Source: Nitrospira sp. (lineage in GTDB: Bacteria > Nitrospirota > Nitrospiria > Nitrospirales > Nitrospiraceae). From it: a DNA stretch of 64,000 nt. The stretch is taken from assembly GCA_047150005.1 (NCBI GenBank), contig AP038806.1:2336001-2400000 (forward strand), in the 5' to 3' direction. Below, piece after piece: positions 37,976-47,496 of this stretch; position 1 is the first letter of the stretch, and each line of letters opens with the position of its first letter. The notes under the pieces are model-generated. The model was not told the origin of the DNA, ran no database searches, and worked only from the letters and a program-made list of their open reading frames with translations. The position numbers were made by a program, and so were the translations under genes.

Positions 37976-39353
37976 AAAGACGCGGGAACAATTCGACATC
38001 GAGATCCAGAGTGCAAAGGCGAAGTTGGCGGACGTCCGTGGACAACTGTTACGGATCCCCGGGGTACTGGATGTTCGAGTCGGCCTCAAGGAGACTGGAG
38101 GAAAGGCGACCCAGCAGGTCGTCTTCCGGGTGCACGTGGACCGGAAGCGGCCCTTGGCGGATGTTGTCTCCGCCGATCGAATCCCGACGGAAATTGCGGG
38201 AATCGGCACCGACGTGATTGCCCGCGAGCGCGATGTCCGGCACGACGTCATCTGCGGTGGCATGCGCATAACGCAAGACACCTGGTGCGGGTCGTACGGA
38301 ACACTCGGCGCAATCGGATTGGCAACGGCGGCCAACACACATGTCGCGGGGAACACACCGCTCCTGCTCACGAATCACCACGTGGCGCATCATGTCGGCG
38401 ACGTCGTCGGTCACGGGAACGTCTGTGATTCGTGGTGTTGTGAGTGTTGCGATATCGGCCGGCTGACCGACGCCGGACTGACGAATCGAGTCGACGGAGC
38501 GGTCGGCACACTCCACTCGGAGGTGCGCTTCAGCCACGACATTCTCGGCATCGGCTCCATACGCGGCACAGGTGTCGCGACGATCGGGATGATCGTCGTC
38601 AAGTACGGACACCGGACGGGCTTTACACGAGGACGGGTCACCGATGACGACGCCACGATCGACAGAGACGACGACCACGCGCATTTCGATCATCAGATTC
38701 GTGTGGCGCCGGAGCCCGGATTTGACAAGATGTCTGATCACGGCGACTCCGGTTCCGTGTACGTCGAGGAAGCGACCCGACGGATCGTGGGACTCAATCA
38801 CACGGGAACCGACGCGGGAATCGCCAAGGGGAGTCATATTGCCGACGTCATGGACTTGTTCAAGATCGATTTCCCCGTCACGGGGACGGCTGGAGCCGTT
38901 CCGCTTGCCGGGATTCCTGAAAGCCGGGTTCTTGAGCCTGCGATGGCACTGGAGCGCGATCTGGCAGGCACCGCATTCGGCCGCGAGTGGACCGACCTGA
39001 TCCGGGCTCACGCTCCGGAAGTCCGCCATCTGGTGAATCATCATCGGGCGGCGAAAGTCGCGTGGCAGCGTTGCCAGGGCCCCGGTTTTCTGGCGCATGT
39101 CCTGAAAAGCGCCCGCGAGCCGACGCACCGGGTGCCACGGGAAATCGCGGGAACACGGATCGAGAATGCGATTGTGTCGATGGCCGCCGTGTTCCAGGAG
39201 TATGGCAGCGCCGACTTGGCGGATGCTGTGGCCGAGCATTACCTCACGGTATTGGAATGCGCAGCACGCATCGAATCTGCCGCGGACGCCATTGCGAACG
39301 TGCGGCGTGTCGCGGGCGGCCGGCTGGCCGCACCAAAGGTTGGCCGTGCCTGA
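37968..39353 (+). CDS. Trypsin-like serine protease 2 with Cys cluster and C-terminal helical domain
   Basis: YGTLG, LTNHHV, CDSWCCECCD, RVDGAV, GDSGS; ATG 37968 overlaps the previous stop by 8 bp. Confidence 0.87.
   Translation: MPEKTREQFDIEIQSAKAKLADVRGQLLRIPGVLDVRVGLKETGGKATQQVVFRVHVDRKRPLADVVSADRIPTEIAGIGTDVIARERDVRHDVICGGMRITQDTWCGSYGTLGAIGLATAANTHVAGNTPLLLTNHHVAHHVGDVVGHGNVCDSWCCECCDIGRLTDAGLTNRVDGAVGTLHSEVRFSHDILGIGSIRGTGVATIGMIVVKYGHRTGFTRGRVTDDDATIDRDDDHAHFDHQIRVAPEPGFDKMSDHGDSGSVYVEEATRRIVGLNHTGTDAGIAKGSHIADVMDLFKIDFPVTGTAGAVPLAGIPESRVLEPAMALERDLAGTAFGREWTDLIRAHAPEVRHLVNHHRAAKVAWQRCQGPGFLAHVLKSAREPTHRVPREIAGTRIENAIVSMAAVFQEYGSADLADAVAEHYLTVLECAARIESAADAIANVRRVAGGRLAAPKVGRA
39018..39208 (+). 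repeat. 191-bp near-identical repeat (second copy 40402-40592)
   Basis: About 11 mismatches by manual count; encodes the shared C-terminal domain. Confidence 0.9.
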
Positions 39354-40737
39354 AAAGACTCCGGAACAAGTCGCTGTCGAGATCGCCCGCGCGGAGCGTC
39401 AACTGCCCGAAGCCCGCGCGCAGTTGCGGCACGTTCCCGGCGTGATCGACGTTCTCGTGGGGATCAAGGAGGTCCGCGGTTTGGCAACGGACCAAGTGGT
39501 GTTTCAGGTGTACGTCGAGCGGAAGAAATCCACCGCCGAGCTGTCTCCGGCCGATCGAATTCCGGCCGCGGTACTGGGCATACCGACCGATGTCATCGGC
39601 CGGACGCGTATCGATCCGCATGACGTGCTGTGCGGCGGCATGAAACTCACGCAGCGCCTCTGGGGCATTTCAAACGGAACGTTGGGCGTCATATGCCTGG
39701 CCACAGCGGCCAATAGCCGCGCAGCCGAGAACACACCGTTGGTACTGACGAATCATCATGTGGCCAGCAGCATCGGCGATCGAGTCGGAATCGGATGCCT
39801 GTGCGACTCATGGTGCTGCGAGTGCTGCGACATCGGAACATTGGTCGATGCCGCCCTCACGGATCATGTAGACGGCTCAATCGCAACCTTGAATGGAGAC
39901 GTGCGCTTCAGCCACGACATCCTCGCGGTGGGGGCCATACGCGGGCACGGGGTCGCAACCAAGGGCATGCCGGTCGTCAAGTACGGGGACACTTCTGGGT
40001 TTACGCACGGCATCGTCACGCAAGATAACGAACCGACATTCACGCGCAGTGACGGCGCGACATTTGTCGGCCAGATTCGTGTCGCTCCAACAGCGCCGGA
40101 TACGGCTATGAGCAGGCCCGGCGACTCGGGCTCGGTATATGTGGAGGAAGCGACCCGGCGGATCGTGGGCCTCCATCATGCGGGAAGCGATGGTATTAGT
40201 TTTGGAAACCACATATCTGACGTCATGGCGCGATTGAATATCTTTTTCCCGGTAACCGGAACCGCCGGCGCCATCCCGCTCGGTGGGATTCCCGTCGCCG
40301 AATACTCGCAGAGCATGGAGCGAGTGATCACCCTGCGTCGTGATTTGGAAGGTATGGAGTTCGGACGGCAGTGGAGCGAGCTGGTCCGTGTTCATTCCGC
40401 TGAAGTCCGTCATCTGGTGAATCATCACCGGGCGGCGAAAATCGCGTGGCAGCGTTGCCAGGGGCCCGGCTTTCTGGCGCATGTCCTGAAAAGCGCCCGG
40501 GAGCCGACGCACCGGGTGCCACGGGAAATCGCAGGAACACGGATCGAGAATGCGATCGTGTCGATGGCCGCCGTGTTCCGGCAATATGGCAGTCCCGCGT
40601 TAGCGGATGCAGTCGCTGAACACTATCTCACGGCGCTGGCCTGTGCGGATCGCGCCGAATCGGTCGACGAGGCGATGGCCAACCTCCGGCGATTAGCAGG
40701 TGGTGGACAGCTCAAAGGGGTGTCACGTGCCCGGTGA
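39346..40737 (+). CDS. Trypsin-like serine protease 3, paralog of protease 2
   Basis: NGTLG, LTNHHV, CLCDSWCCECCD, HVDGSI, GDSGS; GTG 39346 with the same 8-bp overlap. Confidence 0.87.
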   Translation: MPEKTPEQVAVEIARAERQLPEARAQLRHVPGVIDVLVGIKEVRGLATDQVVFQVYVERKKSTAELSPADRIPAAVLGIPTDVIGRTRIDPHDVLCGGMKLTQRLWGISNGTLGVICLATAANSRAAENTPLVLTNHHVASSIGDRVGIGCLCDSWCCECCDIGTLVDAALTDHVDGSIATLNGDVRFSHDILAVGAIRGHGVATKGMPVVKYGDTSGFTHGIVTQDNEPTFTRSDGATFVGQIRVAPTAPDTAMSRPGDSGSVYVEEATRRIVGLHHAGSDGISFGNHISDVMARLNIFFPVTGTAGAIPLGGIPVAEYSQSMERVITLRRDLEGMEFGRQWSELVRVHSAEVRHLVNHHRAAKIAWQRCQGPGFLAHVLKSAREPTHRVPREIAGTRIENAIVSMAAVFRQYGSPALADAVAEHYLTALACADRAESVDEAMANLRRLAGGGQLKGVSRAR

Positions 40738-43700
40738 ACCCGGAACAATCGACAACCTGGTCAGTGGGCTTGCCGGTGCCTTTTCGCCGCTTCGCGAACA
40801 CATCGAGGACGGCACGACGCTGGAGCTCCTGGCGGAATTGGGCCTTCAATTTCCGGACAGCTTGGCTTCGGATCCTGGGTTCACCAACGCGTTGCAGTCG
40901 ATTTCCGCAGCCCTCGTCAGTCTTCCCGAACTCACCCGCTCGCTGAGCGCGGCTGTCGACGCCGACGATCACGCGGCCGCCGTTCAGACGGCGTTCCAGA
41001 TTATCAAGCGAATTGCCGATTTGATCACTGGATTGACGACGGTGGCGAACGCCATCAAGGCGAACTCGTACCCGGGCTTGACGCCGGCCGATGTGGACGC
41101 GTTCGCCAACACGCTGCCGAAGCGGCTGGTGGAGTACCTGGTCATTCGGCAAACCGAAGACGCACTTCCGGTGGCGGCCGCGGGCCTCGACTTTATCGGT
41201 GTCTTCGACCGCACAAACCACAACGTCGGATCAGCCGATCCCGGAAAACCGCCCTTCACGAAACGCGAGTTGCATCTCGGCGCGGTCAGCGACTTTTTCA
41301 AGTCACCCGGCGATCTGTTGCAGGCGAAATACGGTTGGGGGAATCCGGGCTTCGATGGGCGCGACGTGCTCCGCAAACTTGAGACTCTCTCGCTCGAAAT
41401 GGGATTGCCTGCCGTGTACACCGATGGGCCGGTTCCCACGTTGGACCTCGTGTTTTTGGAGATCCAGCCCAAAACCGATGTGTCGCCGCCGGGGCTGCGT
41501 GTGGTGGTCCACGAACCGTTGAAGGGTGCGAATACGTTCACAACCGGAGGGCCGGAGTGGTCACTCGAGTTCGCCACAGAAGCGCAGGCAGCCGTAGACG
41601 TGGCGCTCATCCTCCAACCCGATGGATCGTTTTCGATCACTTCGCCGGCGGTGCCCGTACAGGGAACGATGCAGGCGACCTTCCGCACAAAGCCGACGCC
41701 CGGCGCGAATGCGTACGTTCTCGTCGGCGAGCCAGGCAAGAGCCGCCTCGAGTTCCAGGAATTCTCGATGGGGCTGAGGTCGACGCTGACCTTCGACAGC
41801 ACGACCCTCACGGCGGACGGCGATGTCGGAGCCGATGCCCGGATCAAGGGCGGGCACCTGGTCATCGATCTATCCGAAGCAGACGGATTTATCGGCACGA
41901 TCCTTTCGGCGGCGAAATTCTCCACTCAATTCGATCTCGCCATGGGAGTGTCGCGCAAGGGTTTCTACTTCGAAGGCAGCGGCGGACTCGAAATCCAAAT
42001 TCCGTTGCATGTGAATCTGGCAGTCGTCGAAATCGAGTCGCTGACCGTTGGAATCGGGTTGACGCCGCAAGGGCTGCCCGTCAGCCTTGGCGCGGATCTG
42101 AAGGCGAACCTCGGACCTTTAGTGGTGGTGGTCGAAAACATGGGGGTCCAGGCGACCTTCGCCATCGACGACAACCACAAAGGCAATCTCGGACCGCTCG
42201 ATGTCGGATTTGCGTTTAAACCACCCCGCGGTCTGGGTCTGTCGGTAGACACGGGCGTGGTGAAGGGGGGCGGCTACCTCTACTTCGACTTCGAGAAGGA
42301 AGAATACGCCGGTGCGCTCGAGCTCGCGGTCATGGACATTGTGACCGTGAAGGCCATTGGTCTGGTCACCACCCGCATGCCCGATGGGAGCAAGGGCTTC
42401 TCCCTGCTCCTCATTATTTCCGCGGAGTTCACCGGCATCCAATTGGGCTTCGGCTTTACGCTGACCGGCCTTGGTGGATTACTGGGATTGAACCGGACGA
42501 TGCAACTCACCGTGATCGCGACGGGCGTGCGCACCGGTGGGATCAACAGCATCATGTTTCCCAAGGATGTGGTGGCGAACGCGCCGCGCATCATCAGCGA
42601 TCTGCGAGTGTATTTCCCGCCGATGGAAGGCCGGTTCCTGGTGGGCCTGATGGCCAAGATCGGCTGGGGCACGCCGACACTGGCCAGCATCTCGCTGGGA
42701 CTGATCGTCGAGATCCCGCCGGGGAAGATCGCGATTTTGGGGGTCCTCAAAGTGGCCCTGCCGGCCGAGGACGCAGCGCTGATCTTAATTCAGGTGAATT
42801 TTATCGGCGCGATCGAGCCCGACAAGAGCCGGCTTTGGTTTTTCGCAGAGCTGTTCGAGTCGCGCGTGCTGTTTATCAGCATCGAAGGGGGCATGGGCCT
42901 GCTCGTCGCCTGGGGCGACGATGCCAATTTCGTGCTGTCGGTCGGCGGCTTCCATCCACGATTCAACCCGCCGCCGTTGCCCTTCCCTGTACCCAAGCGG
43001 CTCGCCATCGACATCCTGAACACGCCCGTATCGCGGATCCGGATCGAAGGCTATTTTGCCGTCACCTCCAATACCGTGCAGTTTGGCGCGCGCGCCGAAC
43101 TGCGGCTGGGATTTGACGACCTCGGAATCTTCGGGCACGTCGCGTTTGACGCGCTGTTTCAGTTCTCACCGTTCTATTTCATCATCGACATCTCCGGCTC
43201 CGTGGAGCTCAAGGTGTGCGGTCTCGGCCTGTTCTCGATCCGCCTCGATTTTTCGCTCGAAGGTCCGACGCCGTGGCGAGCCAAAGGCGAGGGCACACTG
43301 TCCCTGCTCTTCTTCGATATCTCCGCGGACTTCGATATCACCTGGGGCGACCGCGAGGATACGTCGCTGCCGCCGATTCCGGTGATGCCGCTTCTGACCG
43401 ACGAATTCAATAAGGCCGAGAACTGGCGCGCGGAACTGCCACCGGGCAATAGTCTCCTGGTGTCGCTGCGCCAACTGTCCGGCACGGAGGGCCTGGTACT
43501 GCACCCGGTGGGCACTCTGGTCGTGAGCCAGCGGCGCGTGCCGCTCGACCTCGACATAGCCAAAGTCGGGAGCCAGAAGGTGGCGGACGCCAAACACTTC
43601 AGTGTCACGGTCACGACCACGGGCCTGGGCAAACACGGCGACCGCAAAGAACAGTTCGCGATGGGGCAGTTTCTCGATCTGAGCAATGACGAAAAGCTGA

Positions 43701-44152
43701 GCCGCAAGGGATATGAACTTCAGGACGGCGGGGTTGTGCTGTCCGCCGTCGGTCGACAAGCCGTGTCGTCGCGGGCCGTGAAGCGCACCGTACGCTACGA
43801 AATGATCATCTTCGACAGCAAATACAAGAAAACGCTCATCCGCTTCTTCGAGTTCAGCGGCACGCTCTTCACGCATTTCCTGCGTGGAAACTCGGCGGCA
43901 AAGTCCGGGCTGTCTCAGGCGACGAAGAAGATGTTTGCGCCCTTCGATGACAAAGTGAAGGTGCAGCAGGAAGCGTACGTCGTGGCCACGAATGTCGACA
44001 ACACGCCGGTCAACCCGACGAAGGCCGTTTTTGCCAGCGAAGCCGAGGCCTACGACTTCATGCAAGGGCAAACGCTCGCGAACCCTGAGTTTGCGGGCAC
44101 CTTGCATGTGATCCCGGCGCATGAAGCCGTGATGCCGGACAGGAGCCACTGA
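40727..44152 (+). CDS. DUF6603-like large beta-rich protein
   Basis: GVVKGGGYL, YAGALEL, IQLGFGFTLTGLGGLLGLNR, VGGFHPRF, GYFAVTSNTVQFGA, LEGPTPW; GTG 40727 after AAAGGGG. Confidence 0.75.
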   Translation: MPGEPGTIDNLVSGLAGAFSPLREHIEDGTTLELLAELGLQFPDSLASDPGFTNALQSISAALVSLPELTRSLSAAVDADDHAAAVQTAFQIIKRIADLITGLTTVANAIKANSYPGLTPADVDAFANTLPKRLVEYLVIRQTEDALPVAAAGLDFIGVFDRTNHNVGSADPGKPPFTKRELHLGAVSDFFKSPGDLLQAKYGWGNPGFDGRDVLRKLETLSLEMGLPAVYTDGPVPTLDLVFLEIQPKTDVSPPGLRVVVHEPLKGANTFTTGGPEWSLEFATEAQAAVDVALILQPDGSFSITSPAVPVQGTMQATFRTKPTPGANAYVLVGEPGKSRLEFQEFSMGLRSTLTFDSTTLTADGDVGADARIKGGHLVIDLSEADGFIGTILSAAKFSTQFDLAMGVSRKGFYFEGSGGLEIQIPLHVNLAVVEIESLTVGIGLTPQGLPVSLGADLKANLGPLVVVVENMGVQATFAIDDNHKGNLGPLDVGFAFKPPRGLGLSVDTGVVKGGGYLYFDFEKEEYAGALELAVMDIVTVKAIGLVTTRMPDGSKGFSLLLIISAEFTGIQLGFGFTLTGLGGLLGLNRTMQLTVIATGVRTGGINSIMFPKDVVANAPRIISDLRVYFPPMEGRFLVGLMAKIGWGTPTLASISLGLIVEIPPGKIAILGVLKVALPAEDAALILIQVNFIGAIEPDKSRLWFFAELFESRVLFISIEGGMGLLVAWGDDANFVLSVGGFHPRFNPPPLPFPVPKRLAIDILNTPVSRIRIEGYFAVTSNTVQFGARAELRLGFDDLGIFGHVAFDALFQFSPFYFIIDISGSVELKVCGLGLFSIRLDFSLEGPTPWRAKGEGTLSLLFFDISADFDITWGDREDTSLPPIPVMPLLTDEFNKAENWRAELPPGNSLLVSLRQLSGTEGLVLHPVGTLVVSQRRVPLDLDIAKVGSQKVADAKHFSVTVTTTGLGKHGDRKEQFAMGQFLDLSNDEKLSRKGYELQDGGVVLSAVGRQAVSSRAVKRTVRYEMIIFDSKYKKTLIRFFEFSGTLFTHFLRGNSAAKSGLSQATKKMFAPFDDKVKVQQEAYVVATNVDNTPVNPTKAVFASEAEAYDFMQGQTLANPEFAGTLHVIPAHEAVMPDRSH

Positions 44153-44157
44153 CCACC

Positions 44158-47100
44158 ATGCCTTCACCTGTTGCCACATATACGTTTCTGCCATGGCTGC
44201 GGCAGGGAATCGCCAATCAGATTCAAGGCGGCGCAGCGGCCGTGCGAGCAACGATCAAGGTACAGCTCGACATCACCGGTACGGGAATCGGAGACGACGA
44301 ACACACGCCTGTCGAACGTGACGTGAGCCTCTACAGTCCCGGCGACATCGTGGGCATCGATCCCAAGGCGATCATCCGCGTCGAGCCGAGAAATTGGATC
44401 ACGAATTTCGAACCGAACTACCTGCCCTTCGTCGAGTTTTACGACGAAGACTTTCCCTGGCGGTACACGCCCGCGCCGGCCGATACCGGTCTCCATAGAC
44501 TCACACCATGGATCGCACTGCTCGTACTCGAAGAGGCGACGGAATTCGAGGACGGCAAGAATATTCAGAACCGGCCTCTTCCGTTCATCACCATCAAAGG
44601 CGACCTGACGAAATTGCTGCCGCGGCATGACGAGCTCTGGGCCTGGGCGCACGTGCACGTGAATCAAGCGCTGCACGCGGGAACCGATGTCGTCGCTCCG
44701 GACACCGGCGCGGCGCTGTCGCAGTTCGAATCCCTCCTGCGAACGAATGCGGACATGGCCTATTCCCGGCTGATGAGCCCGCGCGACTTGGCCGAGAACA
44801 AGACCTATCACGCCTTCGTCGTGCCGGCGTTTGAAACCGGCCGGCGGGCGGGACTGAATCTCGATATCCCACCCGACCTCGACGCGGCCGCGCCCGCGTG
44901 GGGCGGTGCCGCGAGACCGGAAGCCGGCAGCTTTCCGTACTACTTCCGCTGGCAATTCCGCACGGGCGCGATGGGCGACTTCGAATTCCTTGTGCGTTTA
45001 TTGAAACCTCGACCGATGGATGTGCGCGTCGGCCAGCGCGATATGGATGTGCAAAATCCCGGCGCCTCGCTGCCGAACCTGGGCGTACTCAATGACATTC
45101 TGCGATTGGGCGGCGCACTCCGCGTACCGTACTCGACACTCAAGCCCGAAGACAAAGCAGAGTTCGACCAGTACGATCTGTGGGCCACGCCGCCGGCCAA
45201 TCCCTATCCGCAACCGTTCCAGGCGCGTTTGGCGGCATTGCTCAACCTGGCTGACGATTACGCCGCAACGAATGCATCATCGGCCAACGCAGGCGCCGGT
45301 CTTCCGCCGGTTCCAGCCGACGACAGTGACGACCCGGTGATGACACCGCCGGTGTACGGCCGCTGGCACGCGGCTGTCAGCCGTGTGCTCAAGGAGCGCG
45401 ACGGCAGCGACGTCGCCCACAATCGGAACTGGCTTCATGAGTTGAACCTCGATCCGCGCTATCGCGTCGCCTCAGGCTTCGGCACAAGAGTGGTGCAGGA
45501 CAATCAGGAGACCTACATGGACAAAGCCTGGGAGCAGTTAGGCGATGTCCTCGAAGCAAACCGTCGTCTGCGGCGGGGACAGTTTGCGCTGGCGGTGGGA
45601 AAACAGTGGCATGCCACTTACGTGAAGGCGCTTGCGGACGCTCATCCTGAAAAACTGATCTTGTTCACCGGAGCCGTGCAGCGGAGAATCGTGGGCGGGG
45701 GTGTCACATTGGGATACCGGTTGAGCGCGAGTCCGCTGACGCGGACCGCAATCTCGGCGCCGTTCCGGAAGTCGGTCCGCTCGGGCAACCGTGCCATGAA
45801 GCTCTCGGGCCTGCGGGCGCCGGCGGGACCCGCAGCACCGGGCCTGCTGCAGCGCTGGAATGACGGCGCAATCGCGCCGGCTGTGCCCAAATCGCTGCCA
45901 CCTGGTTTGCCGACGATCGACCAAGCCGCCGGGCAGGTGGAGCCCACGGGCGCACCGGCTTGGCTGCTGCCGTTGCTCCGTCGATATTCCTGGCTGCCAT
46001 GGATCGCCTTGGGAATCGGCCTGTTGATGCTGTTGCTGCTCGTCATCTTGTTCTCGTCGGCCGTCGGCGTGACGGTCGGCGGGCTTGCTACGGTCGCCGG
46101 ATACTATGTCTTCAGAACAATGCAGAGCTGGCAACACCAGACCAAAGTCGCCGACATGCTCAGTGAATCAGGCCGCACGCCCGAAGCCGTGGACACGTTG
46201 CCCAAGAGTCCTGATTTTCACTTGAGCGAGCCAGGCAGCGGATTCCAAACGCGTAGCGGCGATGTCGACAGTCCTGAAGCAACGAATTTTAAGACGGCGT
46301 TGCGCGGCCTCTTCACCTTTCAGCAGGCGGTGGTCGCAGTACCTCAGCCTCCGGAACCCCTCAAGCTGGATGTGACCGCGTTTGTCAAAGCAACCGTGCT
46401 CGGCACGGAACCCGCCCGTACCTTGCCGCCGCGGGTCTGGAGTCAGATTTCCATTCCAGGCCGCATCGCGGGCAACCTCGTGTTTGATTTCGACGACATC
46501 ATGGAGTATCCGAAGATCGATCTGCCGATGTACGAGCCGCTACGGGATATTTCGCCGGAACTGTTCCTGCCCAACATCCATCTGATCGAGCAAAATACCA
46601 TCTCACTGCTGGAGACAAACCAGAAATTTATCGAATCGTACATGGTGGGGGTAAATCACGAATTTGCCCGGGAGCTGCTGTGGCGCGAATTTCCCACCGA
46701 CCAGCGCGGCAGCTATTTCCGGCAGTTCTGGGATGTGCGCGCGTATCTCGACCCGCACGACCCGAAAGCCCAGCAACGACGCGAGCAGTTGTTCGACATC
46801 GAGGAAATACACAAGTGGCCGAAGGATTCGGAACTAGGGCGGAACGATCCGAAGGACGCCACGGCTCCCCCACGAGAAGAGGTGGTGTTGGTGATTCGGG
46901 GGGAACTGCTGAAGCGGTATCCCAACGCGGTCATTTACGCGCATCGCGCCGACTGGCGGCGTGTGGGGGACACGCCGTCGGGCGCCATCGATCGCAGTTG
47001 GCCGCGCATTCTGTTGGAGATTCCCGCTTCCGAAGAGGACAACCCGCCGCGCAACAAAGTGAAAACACCGCTCTATAGCGCGCAGGTGTATCCCGACATT

Positions 47101-47490
47101 TACTTTTTCGGATTCGATTTGACGGTAGACGATGCAAAGGGCGAAACGCCCACCGCGCCGGACGATCCTGGTTGGTTCTTCGTCATCAAGGAGCGCCCGG
47201 GCGAGCCGCGATTCGGTCTCGACGAAGGAAACAACAACGTCTTTCGAACGTGGAACGATCTCGGTTGGGGCGATGTCCAGGAGCAGGACTCCACGTTCCT
47301 TCGCGCGGCCCAAAACGATGTACACATCACTCCTTCAGGAAGCGATGATCCCCCGGGGATCCTGCAACAAGCAGCGGAGGACGACGACATTCGATGGACC
47401 AACTCCTCGAATGCCGCTGACATCGCCTATGTGCTCTATCAGGTGCCGGTTCTGGTGGCCGTGCACGGGTCGGAAATGCTGCCACGGTAA
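44158..47490 (+). CDS. Large unknown protein (1110 aa) with an internal hydrophobic hairpin
   Basis: Long ORF; conserved-looking blocks FLPWLRQG, EDFPWRYTP, NHEFARELLWREFPTDQRGSYFRQFWD, RGELLKRYP. Confidence 0.88.
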   Translation: MPSPVATYTFLPWLRQGIANQIQGGAAAVRATIKVQLDITGTGIGDDEHTPVERDVSLYSPGDIVGIDPKAIIRVEPRNWITNFEPNYLPFVEFYDEDFPWRYTPAPADTGLHRLTPWIALLVLEEATEFEDGKNIQNRPLPFITIKGDLTKLLPRHDELWAWAHVHVNQALHAGTDVVAPDTGAALSQFESLLRTNADMAYSRLMSPRDLAENKTYHAFVVPAFETGRRAGLNLDIPPDLDAAAPAWGGAARPEAGSFPYYFRWQFRTGAMGDFEFLVRLLKPRPMDVRVGQRDMDVQNPGASLPNLGVLNDILRLGGALRVPYSTLKPEDKAEFDQYDLWATPPANPYPQPFQARLAALLNLADDYAATNASSANAGAGLPPVPADDSDDPVMTPPVYGRWHAAVSRVLKERDGSDVAHNRNWLHELNLDPRYRVASGFGTRVVQDNQETYMDKAWEQLGDVLEANRRLRRGQFALAVGKQWHATYVKALADAHPEKLILFTGAVQRRIVGGGVTLGYRLSASPLTRTAISAPFRKSVRSGNRAMKLSGLRAPAGPAAPGLLQRWNDGAIAPAVPKSLPPGLPTIDQAAGQVEPTGAPAWLLPLLRRYSWLPWIALGIGLLMLLLLVILFSSAVGVTVGGLATVAGYYVFRTMQSWQHQTKVADMLSESGRTPEAVDTLPKSPDFHLSEPGSGFQTRSGDVDSPEATNFKTALRGLFTFQQAVVAVPQPPEPLKLDVTAFVKATVLGTEPARTLPPRVWSQISIPGRIAGNLVFDFDDIMEYPKIDLPMYEPLRDISPELFLPNIHLIEQNTISLLETNQKFIESYMVGVNHEFARELLWREFPTDQRGSYFRQFWDVRAYLDPHDPKAQQRREQLFDIEEIHKWPKDSELGRNDPKDATAPPREEVVLVIRGELLKRYPNAVIYAHRADWRRVGDTPSGAIDRSWPRILLEIPASEEDNPPRNKVKTPLYSAQVYPDIYFFGFDLTVDDAKGETPTAPDDPGWFFVIKERPGEPRFGLDEGNNNVFRTWNDLGWGDVQEQDSTFLRAAQNDVHITPSGSDDPPGILQQAAEDDDIRWTNSSNAADIAYVLYQVPVLVAVHGSEMLPR

Positions 47491-47496
47491 ACGACG

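Noticed and set aside
39166..39345. Long N-terminal extensions in the ORF track (also 12532, 17055, 18107, 30791, 37445, 60595)
   Set aside because: They overlap upstream genes; RBS position and paralog alignment support later starts
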